From contig NMRA01000256.1 of NCBI GenBank assembly GCA_002633005.1, forward strand, positions 406,120-470,119: 64,000 nucleotides of DNA. The letters are read 5' to 3'. The notes beneath the pieces are model-generated. The model was not told the origin of the DNA. It did no database searches and worked only from the letters and a program-made list of their open reading frames with translations. Below, one piece after another: positions 39,000-51,619 of this stretch. The translations under genes were made by a program, and so were the position numbers. This stretch comes from Phoronis australis (lineage: Eukaryota > Animalia > Phoronida). The first letter of the stretch is position 1. Each line of letters begins with the position of its first letter.

Positions 39000-41900
39000 T
39001 TATTGTGTCTATATACCGCCAATTAACTCAAAGTATTCCGATGGATCCATATTTTGAAAATTGGAAGAAAACTTTGTATTACCGGTAGTAAAACAAATGA
39101 TCCCGACTGTAATATTTTAATTTGCGGTGATTTTAATCCACACACAGCTGATCTGGATGGTCTTATTAATTCCGACGACGATGTGAAATCATTAGTAATG
39201 AGTTTGAACACATGTGGAATTGGTGCGATAATGTTAAACTACGCCATTGTTCTGAATACGACGACTGCAAGTAGTATGCTTTAGAATAATTGCTGTTACA
39301 ATTAAGCAAAGCTGCTTATTGCATATAAATGGGTTGCCAACGATGAGGCACATGGGTAGCTGATAGTGACCAGAGCGTGGTAGATTACGTCATAGTTTGC
39401 AAACGTTGAAGTTGTGGAACAGGTAGATTCAGATCATTAACCACTTGATTTAATTTTTCCATTAGTATTATTTAGATAGTAACGTTATGGACTCCCCTGG
39501 TAATTAAAAGAAAAATATTAAACTAGGAAGATATTCATAGCAATTGAGTTCTACAGAAAGTACACAACTTACGTCCACAGAGAATGTGAACAGTAAAGAT
39601 GAGGCATATAATACTTTAGTCCATTTGTATGGTCTAATCAAATACAATGCAACACGAGCTGGTTTATCTACAAACGCTCGGTTCACCCGTAAAAATCCAA
39701 AACATTGGTTTGACAAAGAATTTTGAGAACAAATACGTTTGATTCGAAATGTTTTAAAATGGTAGAAATTTATTTTCGTTACAGAGTTTAGAATAAAGTC
39801 TACAAGAACCTAATAAAAACAACGAAACAATTATTGAATGATCAAGCCACATCACTGATGAACGGGTCAAAAGAAAACAGGACAATTATGATCTGGGAAA
39901 TGCTGAAACATGAGAAGAGGTCAACATGTTTAAACATAAAAAGTGAAGAATGATTTGATGCATTCAAAAGTGTTAACTGTGATATTGAAGAATTGGATAT
40001 CCAAGGAGAGCTTTATCAATTTCATATCTATGTCAAAGATTTGATTCAAATATCTTATCTGAAGACGCTGGATACGTTATTGTAGACGAAATTACCCATA
40101 ACATTCACCAGATGAAGCTTCGAAAATCAGTTGGTTGCGATGACATGCTATTGGAACATCTAAAAGTTTGTACACAGATTTTCATTGCCGTTTTGTCATT
40201 GTTCTAATCGTATAATAGATACTAGAATATATCCGTTGGAATGGAAATTGGATTTAAACAAAGTAACAAAATGACCCAGAAAACTATAAAGGAATTACTC
40301 TTCACAAAGTGTCGGGGAAAATACTTGTTAAGGTATTGTGTAGCAGGTGAATGAATGGTCAATGTTATGATTGAAAACATACGGGTTTCCGGAAGGCTAG
40401 TAGAGTTGGGAATACTTTTATATTGAACATTCTCATTACTAAATGAATTTCTGGACAGAGAGGCAGATATTATTGTTTATTTGTAGATTTTAACCAGCCT
40501 TCGACTGGGTCTGGCGTGACGGTCTTACCTGACAGATGATGAAGTGTTGTATCAAAGGTAACATGTTAAAGGTCCTACCACATATGCAATAAAATGTGAA
40601 GTCTGATGTATTGAAATTATACACGTTATTGTTCGCTGGCGATCTAGTAATGTTAGCTAACTTTGCAACATCAATATACAGATTAATTGGCGGATTGTTC
40701 TAAAACCCCCTCAACCCCCACACCTCACGATCCTCTCGACCCACGGCCTTCTCCACCCACGGCCCACAACCCCTCGACCCAGTCGACACAAGCTCGACTG
40801 TATCTGGACATAAAACAAGCCCTAACTTGCAGGACCAACGAGTCAGGCCGCTCGCTCGGGTGGCTTTTCCCTGTTTTTTTTGCAATTGAGAGAGCCAAAA
40901 AATAAAACAAAACAAAAAATCAACGCGACCACATCAAATCAAATCAAAGACCTACCAACGTTACAAATGTCGTTCCCGGCAAATTATTATCTTGTCTTCT
41001 ATTTTTCAGTGAATGCCAGATCCCAACTTTTCTGGGAGAGTGCGAGGAACCGTCGAATATGCAATTTCTTCAGTAAATGCAGTTTGAGAAAACAAACTGT
41101 TAAATAAAAAGTATCTCAACGTTACAACAGAACGCAAATAATAAAAAGTGAAATTATGTCCATTTACATTAACGTACTCTCTCCCTAAGTTTAGTAGAAC
41201 TGGGCCATTAGTAGCCGCTCCTGGAACTATTTCCGTGACAACGATACCACGCTCACAATTCGCTATTTCAGATCATATTCGTACACCACTTCCTGTTTTT
41301 AAACCACCAGACTTCAGCAAGAGCAGATTCGCGTGTAGATAAGTCTTATGGGAAAGTCATTCAGAGACGTAATATGATTATGAAATGTGTAAAAAGCCCA
41401 AAGATACATCTATTCCCACAGGTCGTGATCGAGGGTTGTGGGTCTTGGGGGTTGTGGGTCGAGGGGGTCGTGTGTTGTGGGGGTCGAGGGGATTTTACAA
41501 CAATCCCTAACTGGCCAGTAAGAAAGATACTACCAAAATGACATTGAATATGCGTAAAACGAAAATAATAGTATTTAGAAATGGTAATTATCTGCCACAT
41601 GAAGAAAAACGGATTTAATATGGCAACAAAGCAGAGATAACAACAAGCTATAATTATTTAGGTATGCAATGTACAGTCAAATGTAGTTGGACAACTGTTC
41701 ATCAGAACCTGGCCAAAAAAAGCTTGCAAAGCATTATTGTGCTAAAGAGAAACATGTAGCCTTTTCCTTTGTTCCAGTTTTCTCTTTGGTTGAAATTGTT
41801 CGACGTTCAATTCTCATGTAGTCTTGTGAGATAATTTTTCGTGCAGGCAAGGATATAGAATTAGTGCATAACAAATTCTGGATTTTTTTGGTAGGTCTTC

Positions 41901-42360
41901 CGACAAAAACATCAAATTTGACCGCTCATGGAGAGTAGTCAGATTGCCAGTGCGAGTTAGACGAATTCAAATAATTAAATTTACCTCATAATAGGTACGC
42001 CAACACATCGCTTCGCAGTTTGAATTCGCTGGGAATGGTAGAGATAGCTGCTTAAAGATAAAATACTTGTTGTGAAAACTGGCTTTGAAATTGTATGGAT
42101 TTACCGATAAGTAGCAGACGAGGACATTTTTAGAAGTGAACTAATAGAAATACAAACATAGGAATGGAGAATTGATTTCTCAGAGTAGCCTCGATTTTTA
42201 CAGATTGTTCAAAACAATCTCTAATTGAAGTATGTATCTCATGTTGAAAACTTCGTTCTGTTATCTAACTTGGCAAGATTCAGAAGTGCTCAATTCAGTT
42301 TAATGTTAACAACAGATATAAGAACGGGCGCTGAACGTTCACAAAGAATATGTATTTGAC
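39000..42360 (+). mobile_element. Highly decayed LINE ORF2 (AP endonuclease + reverse transcriptase; RTE-X/CR1-group-like)
   Basis: Remnant motifs CVYIPP, ILICGDFN, SVVDYV, SDH, DPENYKGITL, YCLFVDF, AFDWVWRDGL and LLFAGDLVML in order, with many frameshifts. Interrupted by MITE 40691-41507. Confidence 0.75.
40691..41507. mobile_element. MITE with GGATTGTT TIRs and C/G-rich subterminal repeats, inserted in a LINE
   Basis: Inverted ends; flanks taattgg / taactgg; inverted partial copy at about 59419-59714. Confidence 0.65.
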
Positions 42361-45300
42361 TTACGGTTATCTAGAAAAATGTGAAATTTTGGTCAACTTC
42401 GGAACATCGTATCTCAGAAATGGCTGAGGGGATTCATATGAAACTTCCCGATATTTTCCTTTTTACAATGTTTTCCAAAATGCTTTTAAGAATTCAGGTT
42501 TTTAAAATGTTCCACTTTTCCATGAAGGCCTTTCAAGAACTAGGACGTGTAAAGTTTTTATGGAAAACATAAAAGTTGCATAAACGAACACGAAACGACA
42601 GCGTTCTTGAGATTTTATATTGAACATCTGCATCATAAAAAGTTCTGTCATTTTATTGGTCCTGTTGTTTCGATGTGAAATTTTTGTCATTTTGTTGGTC
42701 CTGTTGTTCTGATGTGAATGTGCCTTTCGTTTTTGCTAAATTTTCCTAAAAAGCAAGGTCACGTGACCTAATTAGTGGCAGATTCGTACAAAGTCAAAAA
42801 TCAAATTTTACATATTTACATTTTTAGAAAATATATACTTTTCCCGAGTTAAATTCTATTGTTTTGGAAAGACATCGACTTCGCTTTTTATGTGCATGTA
42901 CTTTTGAAAAGAGTCATGAATAAATTTTGTGTATAAACTTGTGTAAATGTTTATTAAAGGCCAAAGAAAGACGTGGATCTGTCGACCTTGAATAAAATGT
43001 ATGCTCGTGTGTACGTGATTGTTTATGTTATCATTTGTAATGTGGGCCTTATTACATGAAATATAACTGAAAAAATCGATTATGCCATATATATCATCAC
43101 CGCGCGGTTTCGTGGAACTTTGGTTGCAGCTGTTACAGAAGAAGACGAATTCTTTTGTTAAACAGATGAATTCTCTCCTGACTTTGCATCGACCATCTTC
43201 TCTTGCTCTTTTGAGACGGATCTACAAAGTTACATTCTTTTACTGCATCTGGCAATCACGTTCGCGCGCCCCCTAGCTACATGTACGGGGATGGGAGGTT
43301 GTTATTGCCGAAAGCCCCACCTAGCTACTCTGCTCGATATCAACTTTACACAACCAACTAAGGCATTCACTTCGTAAGACCGCGCATGCATTATCCTACC
43401 AATATCTCGTCAGAGTTATTTCCACGTACAGTTATTTTCAGTCGAAATGCATGACAACATCTCGTAATATCGGGCATCAATAGTAACGCCAAGAGACCAT
43501 TTATGTTTGGTGAATTAGTGAACTTACTAAATCAAATTGAATTTACTATCTTTTAAACTGTACCTTTCTTCAGCAAAGAATCGATAACCCAGTGTGAAAA
43601 CCTTCTGAAGAGTTCAGTTGCAACGATATTAACCCTTTACTGGAGTTCCAACATTTTCATAAGGAATTTTTATGGCAAATGCACCCTTTGGTTGGGAATG
43701 TCGCCGTGAAAAAGTAAGGCCATCAGATCGCGACAGGTCCGGTGCCACCCGCTGTGTGTACCCATTCGAAGATCCAAGTTGCCACTTGCCAGCCCTGTTT
43801 TCGCCCGTCTCCAGTCCTCTTCATCAAGATTTCAGGCGGGGAAGGTTTCACACACAACGAGACCCTTAACGTCAAAACCCCGTTCACATTCACGTCGCTA
43901 GCAAAGGTGGCACTGCACGGTAGACTGTAGCTGTGGCCGTCACCGCTATGGAAATTTAAAACTCTTCCAGTAGGCCAGACTTGGCGGTAGTTTTGTAGTA
44001 TGCGTTGGGAGAAGGTTCAATAAAACTGGCTCGATTGTGAACAGGGTCCGTTGTGAGTAAGAAATGCCCACCATTTCGTCTGCAGATTTACTTTTCTCGG
44101 GCTGCTCCATTTAGTATTGTTGCATAGCAGTGACTGAAAAACCCGCTGCGATTTCAGGTAGCCGCCAAACAACCCAGAATGTCAAAACATTGATTGGAAG
44201 ACAGCACTGCTGGGCCTTGTTTAATTAAATGTGCTCGTAAAATCTAGTATTGGCTCTTGTCGAGCATTGGTAGGGAAGTGGACATTTTTCATCATTTTAT
44301 AGTAAGTGAGCCTAGCTTTCGTTTCCGTGGAAGTGAGAGAGAGCCAAAAATAGGAGGCAGAATGTTTTTTGTGGTCATGTGTGGCACTTTTATGATCAAA
44401 TGACTCACAGTTTCTTTATGTTTTTGCGACAAAATGGAATAAATGAAGCACGACTATTTACGTGTGCACCGCAACGGTAAATCCAGGACAACCGTACAGG
44501 GCCTCTCAACAGGGCTTCGCGACTGCACATTCTCAGCGAACATGTACCAAGCGCCACTTTTCGATCTTTGGGAATAAGTGTTTTTAATGGAAATGGATGT
44601 CATGATTCTGCATTTGCTGAAAATGGGTTAAATGTGAGCCAAAATATCCCTTTCTACAGACATATAAATGTAATCACGTATTCTTCTATGATCCTATAAT
44701 TTTAGTTAACGAAGCAAGATTACAAGCTGCACCAACTATAATAAACAAGTTTCTCAAATTTATTAAAAATTAAGAAACTGCAAAAGATCATACCATGAAG
44801 CCGCAATGAAACAACTGTCCAACACTTCCACTATTAAATAAGGTCAGACACAAAACGATCATTTCAGAAAGTAGGTCGTACCTAACACGACGAATCAAAA
44901 CATGGCAAACTGCATATGTTTAATAAGCTCCCATAACAACTAGCAATAACAACAAACCCGCATAAACAACAAAATGGAATGTATGAGAACATATCACGAC
45001 AAAGCATTAAACAGTTGTTCATTTTACGATTTCGTGAAATGGAGCCGTGTAAAAACACGTCACACTTTCCTATATCCGATACTAATAAATTACACATAAA
45101 ACACAAGTGGTGCACACGATACCATGACCGCGCCAATAAACTCCAGCTACTATTCGCTAAAAGCCCAGCCGAGGGCCAGCAAACACCAAGCCGCGGCATA
45201 CATTCAATACCGGCAACCCAGATGTCCAACACAAGCCCGAAAATACTCCATACCTAAGGACCACAGATTCCACACCCGGACCTCAGCTGGGCCCACGGGT

Positions 45301-46889
45301 GTGCAATTTTGTTATCGGTTAGTATCTTCAGCGCGGGCAGAGTTTAGGGGCAAGGGTGTGGAATTTGTATCGCGGGTTTAGTGTTAATTGCTCATCGAGG
45401 AATGGACATTAGGGGATCGTGGCTGGAATTTACAGGCGCGGCCATGGAATAGTTTACCGACTCTCTGGAAAAAGTTGCATAACATTTTAGTAGTGTAAAA
45501 ACTACGGAAAGTAATCCAGATACGTTTTTAGGCTTTAAAATAATTTTCTGAAAGGCCACTAAGGAAAATTTATTCTGGTCTCCATCCAACTTATTTTGAG
45601 ACCTGCTCTCATCTGAAAAAAGTTGAAAGCCAAGGTCTGGTGCTTTTTTGAAAAGCTGCAGAAAGGCACGTAAGCAAGGGTAAGAACTGTTAGAAACGTC
45701 ACAATTTGCCAAGAGATGAGTAAAACAAAATCAAAAACCGCATCATTTAGCTTTGTCTCCGGAGTAATTTTTCGAGAACGTGAAAAATTAAAAAATACCG
45801 CACCACCGACTCGAATTTCAAAAAACAACAGAGAGTAGAACCCACCAATGTTTTTTAGCCTAACCGGTGTTTGTTAATTTAGAGGCCGAAACATACGTTC
45901 AACATTTGTCACGTCAGATACGTGCAGTACGTACTTATGTGAAATCGTAAAATGACCAAGACACGGAACAAGCGGCATTTAGACATATTATGACAATATA
46001 TGTAAAACTGCACACACTTTCAAATGTGAGGCAAGCCCTGAACCATAATCAAAGAGCAAGACCTTAAAAGTACAACTACAGCGAACAGTGGAACAGAAGG
46101 CCTACAGGTATATATTCGCAAGATTTCCGAATATATGGGGGACTTTTTTGCAGGAACTCCTGATAGATATTTCAATTTAACACTAACCATTGATTTGAAG
46201 CCTATTAAGAATGATCAAAAGACACAAAATAACATTACTACTCTAAAGACACCCATGTACAGATGACACGCATGGGCTCAAGTAGCTAATACCCACTTTG
46301 CAATAACAAGTTTAACTACTACCACAGATAACATACAATGTGCTAAAACAGGAACAACAAAAAGTACAAAAATACATTTCCCCATGCAATAGAAAAATAA
46401 AAATGTATTTTCCACAGCTTACTTAGCGCAGAATTAACAAAGAAATCGTGTGCAAAAGTTCTGATAAGGACGCCATACAATATAGACGGCAAGAGACGAT
46501 GATAAATTCCTGAGCGTCACCTAAAAATAGCAACATCCCCTCTAAAGACACTGTCTAAACTAATTCCTTATACACTTGGTGTGAGCCAAGAATTTTTAAG
46601 TGGGGTTAAAGCTACATTATCAGAGAAAAAAAGTGATTTTCTGACATAAACCTCAGTGCTGATTTCAACCTGCAACCTTCATGCCTTCACGGTGTCACTC
46701 TTACTAATGCTCTGCTTGCAGAGCTGAAGTTACTGGCCTGGATTTCAGCCTACGTAATAATAAAATGACAGAAACGCAATAGATTTTCTTTCATAGTTCT
46801 GGTCAAAGCAAATAACTCCAAGAAGTTTATACCGTTCAACAACGATTTCCAAAATACATTTTTCACCAGTGAAACCAATAATGCTTTTT

Positions 46890-47061
46890 TGACTGAGGCT
46901 CAAGTAAAACTCAGCGTCTATCCCATACACAATGACTGAGGCTCAAGTAAAACTCAGTGTCTATCCCATACACAATGACTGAGGCTCAAGTAAAACTCAG
47001 TGTCTATCCCATACACAATGACTGAGGCTCAAGTAAAACTCAGTGTCTATCCCATACACAA
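46890..47061. repeat. Minisatellite, 43-bp unit x4
   Basis: tgactgaggctcaagtaaaactcagtgtctatcccatacacaa, one substitution in the first copy. Confidence 0.95.
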
Positions 47062-47590
47062 CGATTATGACACTTCCCTTCCATAACAGAATCCTACATG
47101 TACATTTTACTAACAGAAAAGGATTGAATGCGTGAATCAATAGGCTTGAATACTATGTGTTATTTACGAAACATACCTTCTGATTTTCAAATCTTATCTA
47201 CAGTATAACCACACTAGATGTTATGCAAGAATAATGTGTACCTAACCTAACCCATGTGAGTAGACAAAACATAGTTTCATTTCCCAGAACCTTGTTAACA
47301 ACATGAAGACATTGAAGTGAAAAACAACCAGAGCTGTGTGAACCAAAATTGACCTGAGCTCCTAAAAAAGTCAAATCTGAGACATGTCATGTCATGATAA
47401 TTTTTTGTCGAAGACATAATAGCAATAACAAAAATACAAAAAGCACCTGTTAGTTTGTTCGAAAATATCTCATTGGCCAGAAAAATCACGGATTCTGACC
47501 TATACACAATGCACCCGTTGACTAGAACGTCAAAAACTACATATGCTGGTGGAAAATTAAAAAACAGCTAAGAGTGGTATAACACCAGCA

Positions 47591-47765
47591 TGCAATACAA
47601 CACCATTAACACAATCTGCAGTATGTGCAATACAACACCATTAACACAATCTGCAGTATGTGCAATACAACACCATTAACACAATCTGCAGTATGTGCAA
47701 TACAACACCATTAACACAATCTGCAGTATGTGCAATACAACACCATTAACACAATCTGCAGTATG
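47591..47765. repeat. Minisatellite, 35-bp unit x5 (perfect)
   Basis: tgcaatacaacaccattaacacaatctgcagtatg at 47591, 47626, 47661, 47696 and 47731. Confidence 0.95.
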
Positions 47766-48888
47766 TTTCATGCCTGAGAAAACAAGCAGCGTATCAAAAT
47801 ACCATATCAGGCTTTTGTGAAGAGACAATTGCTGCATCTGGACAAGGAAGTGGTCAGATTTTTTGGCTGATGTGCACCGACCCTTGTGCCAACGACAGCC
47901 TAACAAAAATACAAACAACTAGCACCCGACGTAGGAGATGAGACATCTATCTGATTAAGAGCAATGCAGATGAATATGCCATTATGCAAATAGACAGATT
48001 ATCTTGCACGTCACCGGATTGTCAATATACATGGCATGGACATGCACGTCCATTTGAATCTTTGAACTGAAAAAACTTCTGTCATTCCTATTGAATGTAG
48101 ATATGCAACTCCAAATGTTTGACACAGCAAAATCAAAAAATCAAGCTTCACATCCTGACAACTCCTACCCTTGGTATCTAGCAGCAGGTCGAAATTTCAA
48201 AGTCGTACACAATTATGGAGGCCTATATGTGGCAATAACACACTGAAATAACCAATCCATGGTTACTGAGCATTTCCGTAATTTTGTGAGAAAGTGAAAC
48301 TGCAGCCAAATCACTGCAAGAAACAAGAAGCAAACACCACAAGGATAACTGTGTAAAATGACATCTGATTAGCAAAGATCACGCAATAGAGGGAATGCAG
48401 ACTGAATAATACAAGAGTTAAAACTCCATTGCATCCTTCATGTATTTAGCTGGCTAGAATGAAAAATGAATGAGGCTTTTTACTCACATGAAATCGGTCT
48501 CGTAACATTTGTAGAATGGCGTAGTGCAGGGACTGGTAAAGTGACTGACTGAAGCCATGTGGGTTGAAATGTTGTGGCAAGCAGCCATAATGAAATTAAA
48601 AGCTGCTTGAAGTAAACCTACATTACCATTGCTGCTGCTGGACTTTGAAACTGTTGAATATAATAATGGTTGCGAATCATGAAACTTCCTTCAACTAGAA
48701 AAGGCCCACACTCACTTGAACTCTCCTCTTTTGCGGACGTAAACAATGTATTGCACGACTGACCTACTTTTCAAAATGTCAAGTACTCCTGAGTTGGTTA
48801 CCAAGAGAAGAACAAGTGTAGAACACAATGCTTGGAGACAGGACTGCGACTCAAAATGCAAGCTGCTAACCAACAAATGGCTTATTTC

Positions 48889-50177
48889 AACAAGAGCAAC
48901 GCGGAGCGTTGAAATGCGCCCACGAATGCATTGCAAATGGTGTGCTTTTAGGGTTGTTTATTTGTATCATAAAAAATGGCCACTAGATGGCGCAAAAACA
49001 TATAATCCATCCAAAAATGGAAACATGCCATATTTCATAAAAATCTGTCAAGGAACTTCAGAGAAACAAAGGAAAACAGAATAAAATGAAATTGCCACTA
49101 GTGGGCACAGTGTCCGTTGGATCCGCCTGAAAGTGGTCGTCGTCTGTTGTTATCTTCATATAAATACACTGTCTTACTAAATTTAGTAAAGATCCTGCAG
49201 TGGGTTTAAGAGATACAACTATGGGCGGAAAACAAAACTACCACTAGGAGGCGCCACAGTAATCAGTCACCATCATCAAAGGTCGTCTTCACTTTGAGAA
49301 CATATATGCCAATTTTCAAATGATTTGGTTGATACAGGGAAAGACACCAAAAACAAGATTTGAAAACAGCAAAAGTGGCCACTAGTGGTCCAAAATACCT
49401 CGATTCCATCGAAAAACAGGCAGATAGCATCATCACACCAATAGATGCCTATATATAAAATTTTATGAAAATCTGTTGAGTACCTTTGAAGAAACTGAGT
49501 TAAACATAAAAAACTAAAATTGACACTAGGGGGCACAGCAGTAGTCAGATCTGTCTGAAAGTCGTCGTCATCCGTAGCCAACATCACATAACTACACTTG
49601 CTAAATTAAGTAAAGATCCTGCAAACGGTTTAGGAGATACAGCCATAGGCGCAACAAAAACAAAACTGCCACTAGGAGGCGCCACAGTAGTCGAAATCGT
49701 CAGAAAATCATCGTCAACCGTCCTCTTTATAGTAAGCACACACATGCCAATTTTCACAATCACCCTTTGAGTGGTTTGGTGAGAGAGAGGTGGATGCAAA
49801 CAAACTCGAAAACAGTAAAAATGGCCACTAGGTGGCGCAAACTACGTCGAATCCATCCGAAAACGAGAGCATAGCGTTATTTTAGTAATAGGTGCCCACA
49901 TACCAAATTTCATGAAAATCCTTTCAGGACTTATGAAGATACAAAGGTAAGCATAAAAAACTAAAATTGCCACTAGAGGGCACACCGGTACTCGGATCCG
50001 TCCGAAATTTCGCTCAAGCCGTCCCATTCATGAATGGAACATATATGCCAAATTTTATGAACGTATGTCAAAGGGTTTTGGAGATAGAGCAGCAGACGAC
50101 GGATGGACGCCGCCTGGACGGACGAGCGGAGATGACGGCATAATGCGTCCACATATAAATATGTGGGCGCATAAAAA
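48889..50177 (-). mobile_element. HINE / DINE-1-like non-autonomous Helentron with internal ~145-bp tandem repeats
   Basis: Subterminal inverted pair atgcgcccac (48914-48923) / gtgggcgcat (50163-50172), adjacent IR copy at 50143-50152, a (GACG/GATG)n tract at about 50095-50125, terminal hairpin caacgc-gga-gcgttg (48897-48911), A/T-run ends, no TSD seen. Confidence 0.75.
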
Positions 50178-50840
50178 TCAATGATAGTTCCCTAACCAAA
50201 AGCATTAACAGATCTTTCATTAAGGAGACTTCAAAACTTTGCCAAACTGCTGCAGTGACAGACTAGTGAAAGATTTCAAAGTTGCAATAACAATCCTTCA
50301 ATAACCAAAGTCAGCTCAGTATCTTATTGATAAAGTTCGTACCAGTGCACCAGCCATGATCAGCGACCATGAGGCAACTATGCCTGCATGGACTTGCAGC
50401 CAATACCACTCTAAATACTGCAGTTAAACACAGAATCTCGTGATTGAAAAGACATGCAAGGGTCAATGCAAGTTTGACATTTAACCCAGCAACCTAAAAA
50501 TCAACATATTAGGTCAACCTCCCAATCCTCAGGAATGAAACACAAACCTTGTGCAAGTTTGTAACTCAGAATGACGGAACCATGTGACTGGATATCGCAA
50601 GCAGTTACACTAGAAATACATTTGACACCTGAAGGTGTTGAGACAAAATGACCTGGAATTCCCAAGTATAACAACAAGGCAGAAGCCAAATTCATCGTCA
50701 GGATTGTCTTTCCTCATGACCACAAATGAAGTAGAAGCAAGAACAAGAAGCAATGCTCAACAGCATGGTTTCAAAATTCTAAGAGGCATTCAACATTGTG
50801 TTGACCTGGCTCTCTATGACTAGTTTGCCATCACTTGCTA

Positions 50841-51040
50841 TCAAGGCCCAAAATCTGTGTCTTCTCCCTCTGACACCAGAAGGCTGACAGATGACTCTTT
50901 GTGGGGATTGCTTGTAGATGACTCATTCAGAAACTGCATGGCAACTGTACGTCGGATGATCTTATGTGAGGCTGACGCACGGCAAGCTCCAATGATGAAT
51001 GCAGTCGTGAATGCTACGCACAACACTACGACCACAAGAA
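50841..51040 (-). CDS. ENPP5: ENPP4/5-like, last coding exon: transmembrane helix and cytoplasmic tail
   Basis: Polypyrimidine acceptor ctctcttttcag|TT in frame with exon 3. Gives ITVVTFLVVVVLCVAFTTAFIIGAC followed by basic residues, stop TGA at 50841-50843. Total CDS 1482 nt = 493 aa. Confidence 0.8.
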
Positions 51041-51376
51041 CTGAAAAGAGAGAATTCATATACAGAAGGACCTGTATCTTGTTGCAAATCAAAACAGCCC
51101 TTCAAAAGAAAATTAAACAATGATAAGCTGAAGCTTGGCATTGAAACAAAATGAAAACAAGATTTCTCATTTCTCTGAAAGTGATAAAAACTTGTAGAGC
51201 ACATAAATAATGCGAGCTGAATAAAATGGTTGAAAAATCAGCAATCAGTAACCATGCCCATCAGAAACTAAAATTTGAATGTACAATGGATAGCAAAATT
51301 CCCACTTTAACCATGCTCCAATCTCCAAATGGTAATTTGTCTGTTTAACTTCAACCAAGGATTACTGTATACTTAC

Positions 51377-51619
51377 AGGTCACCACAGTGATCGTGGCAT
51401 CAGACCACTGATGTTCTGGTACAAGGACATCCTGGATCCGCTTCAACGATCCATTGTTCGGGGCAGGCGTAAGACCAAGAATGTGACACAGCAAGGGGTA
51501 GACATCCACGTTCAAGAAAGGCTGTATGGAACTGTAGCCCTTCTTGAAGCGTGGACCAGTCGCTATAAAGATGGGCTGCATGTCTTGAGCACTGTTGTTG
51601 TAGCCATGATTTCCTTTCA
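51377..51619 (-). CDS. ENPP5: ENPP4/5-like, coding exon 3 (243 nt)
   Basis: Acceptor cttcag|TG. Encodes GNHGYNN (metal-ligand His), MQPIFIATGPRFK, NVDVYPLLCHILGL and PNNGS. Donor T|GTAAGT, phase 1. Confidence 0.92.

Noticed and set aside
46890-47765. CRISPR-like arrays
   Set aside because: Units are head-to-tail with no unique spacers, there are no cas genes, and the context is eukaryotic.
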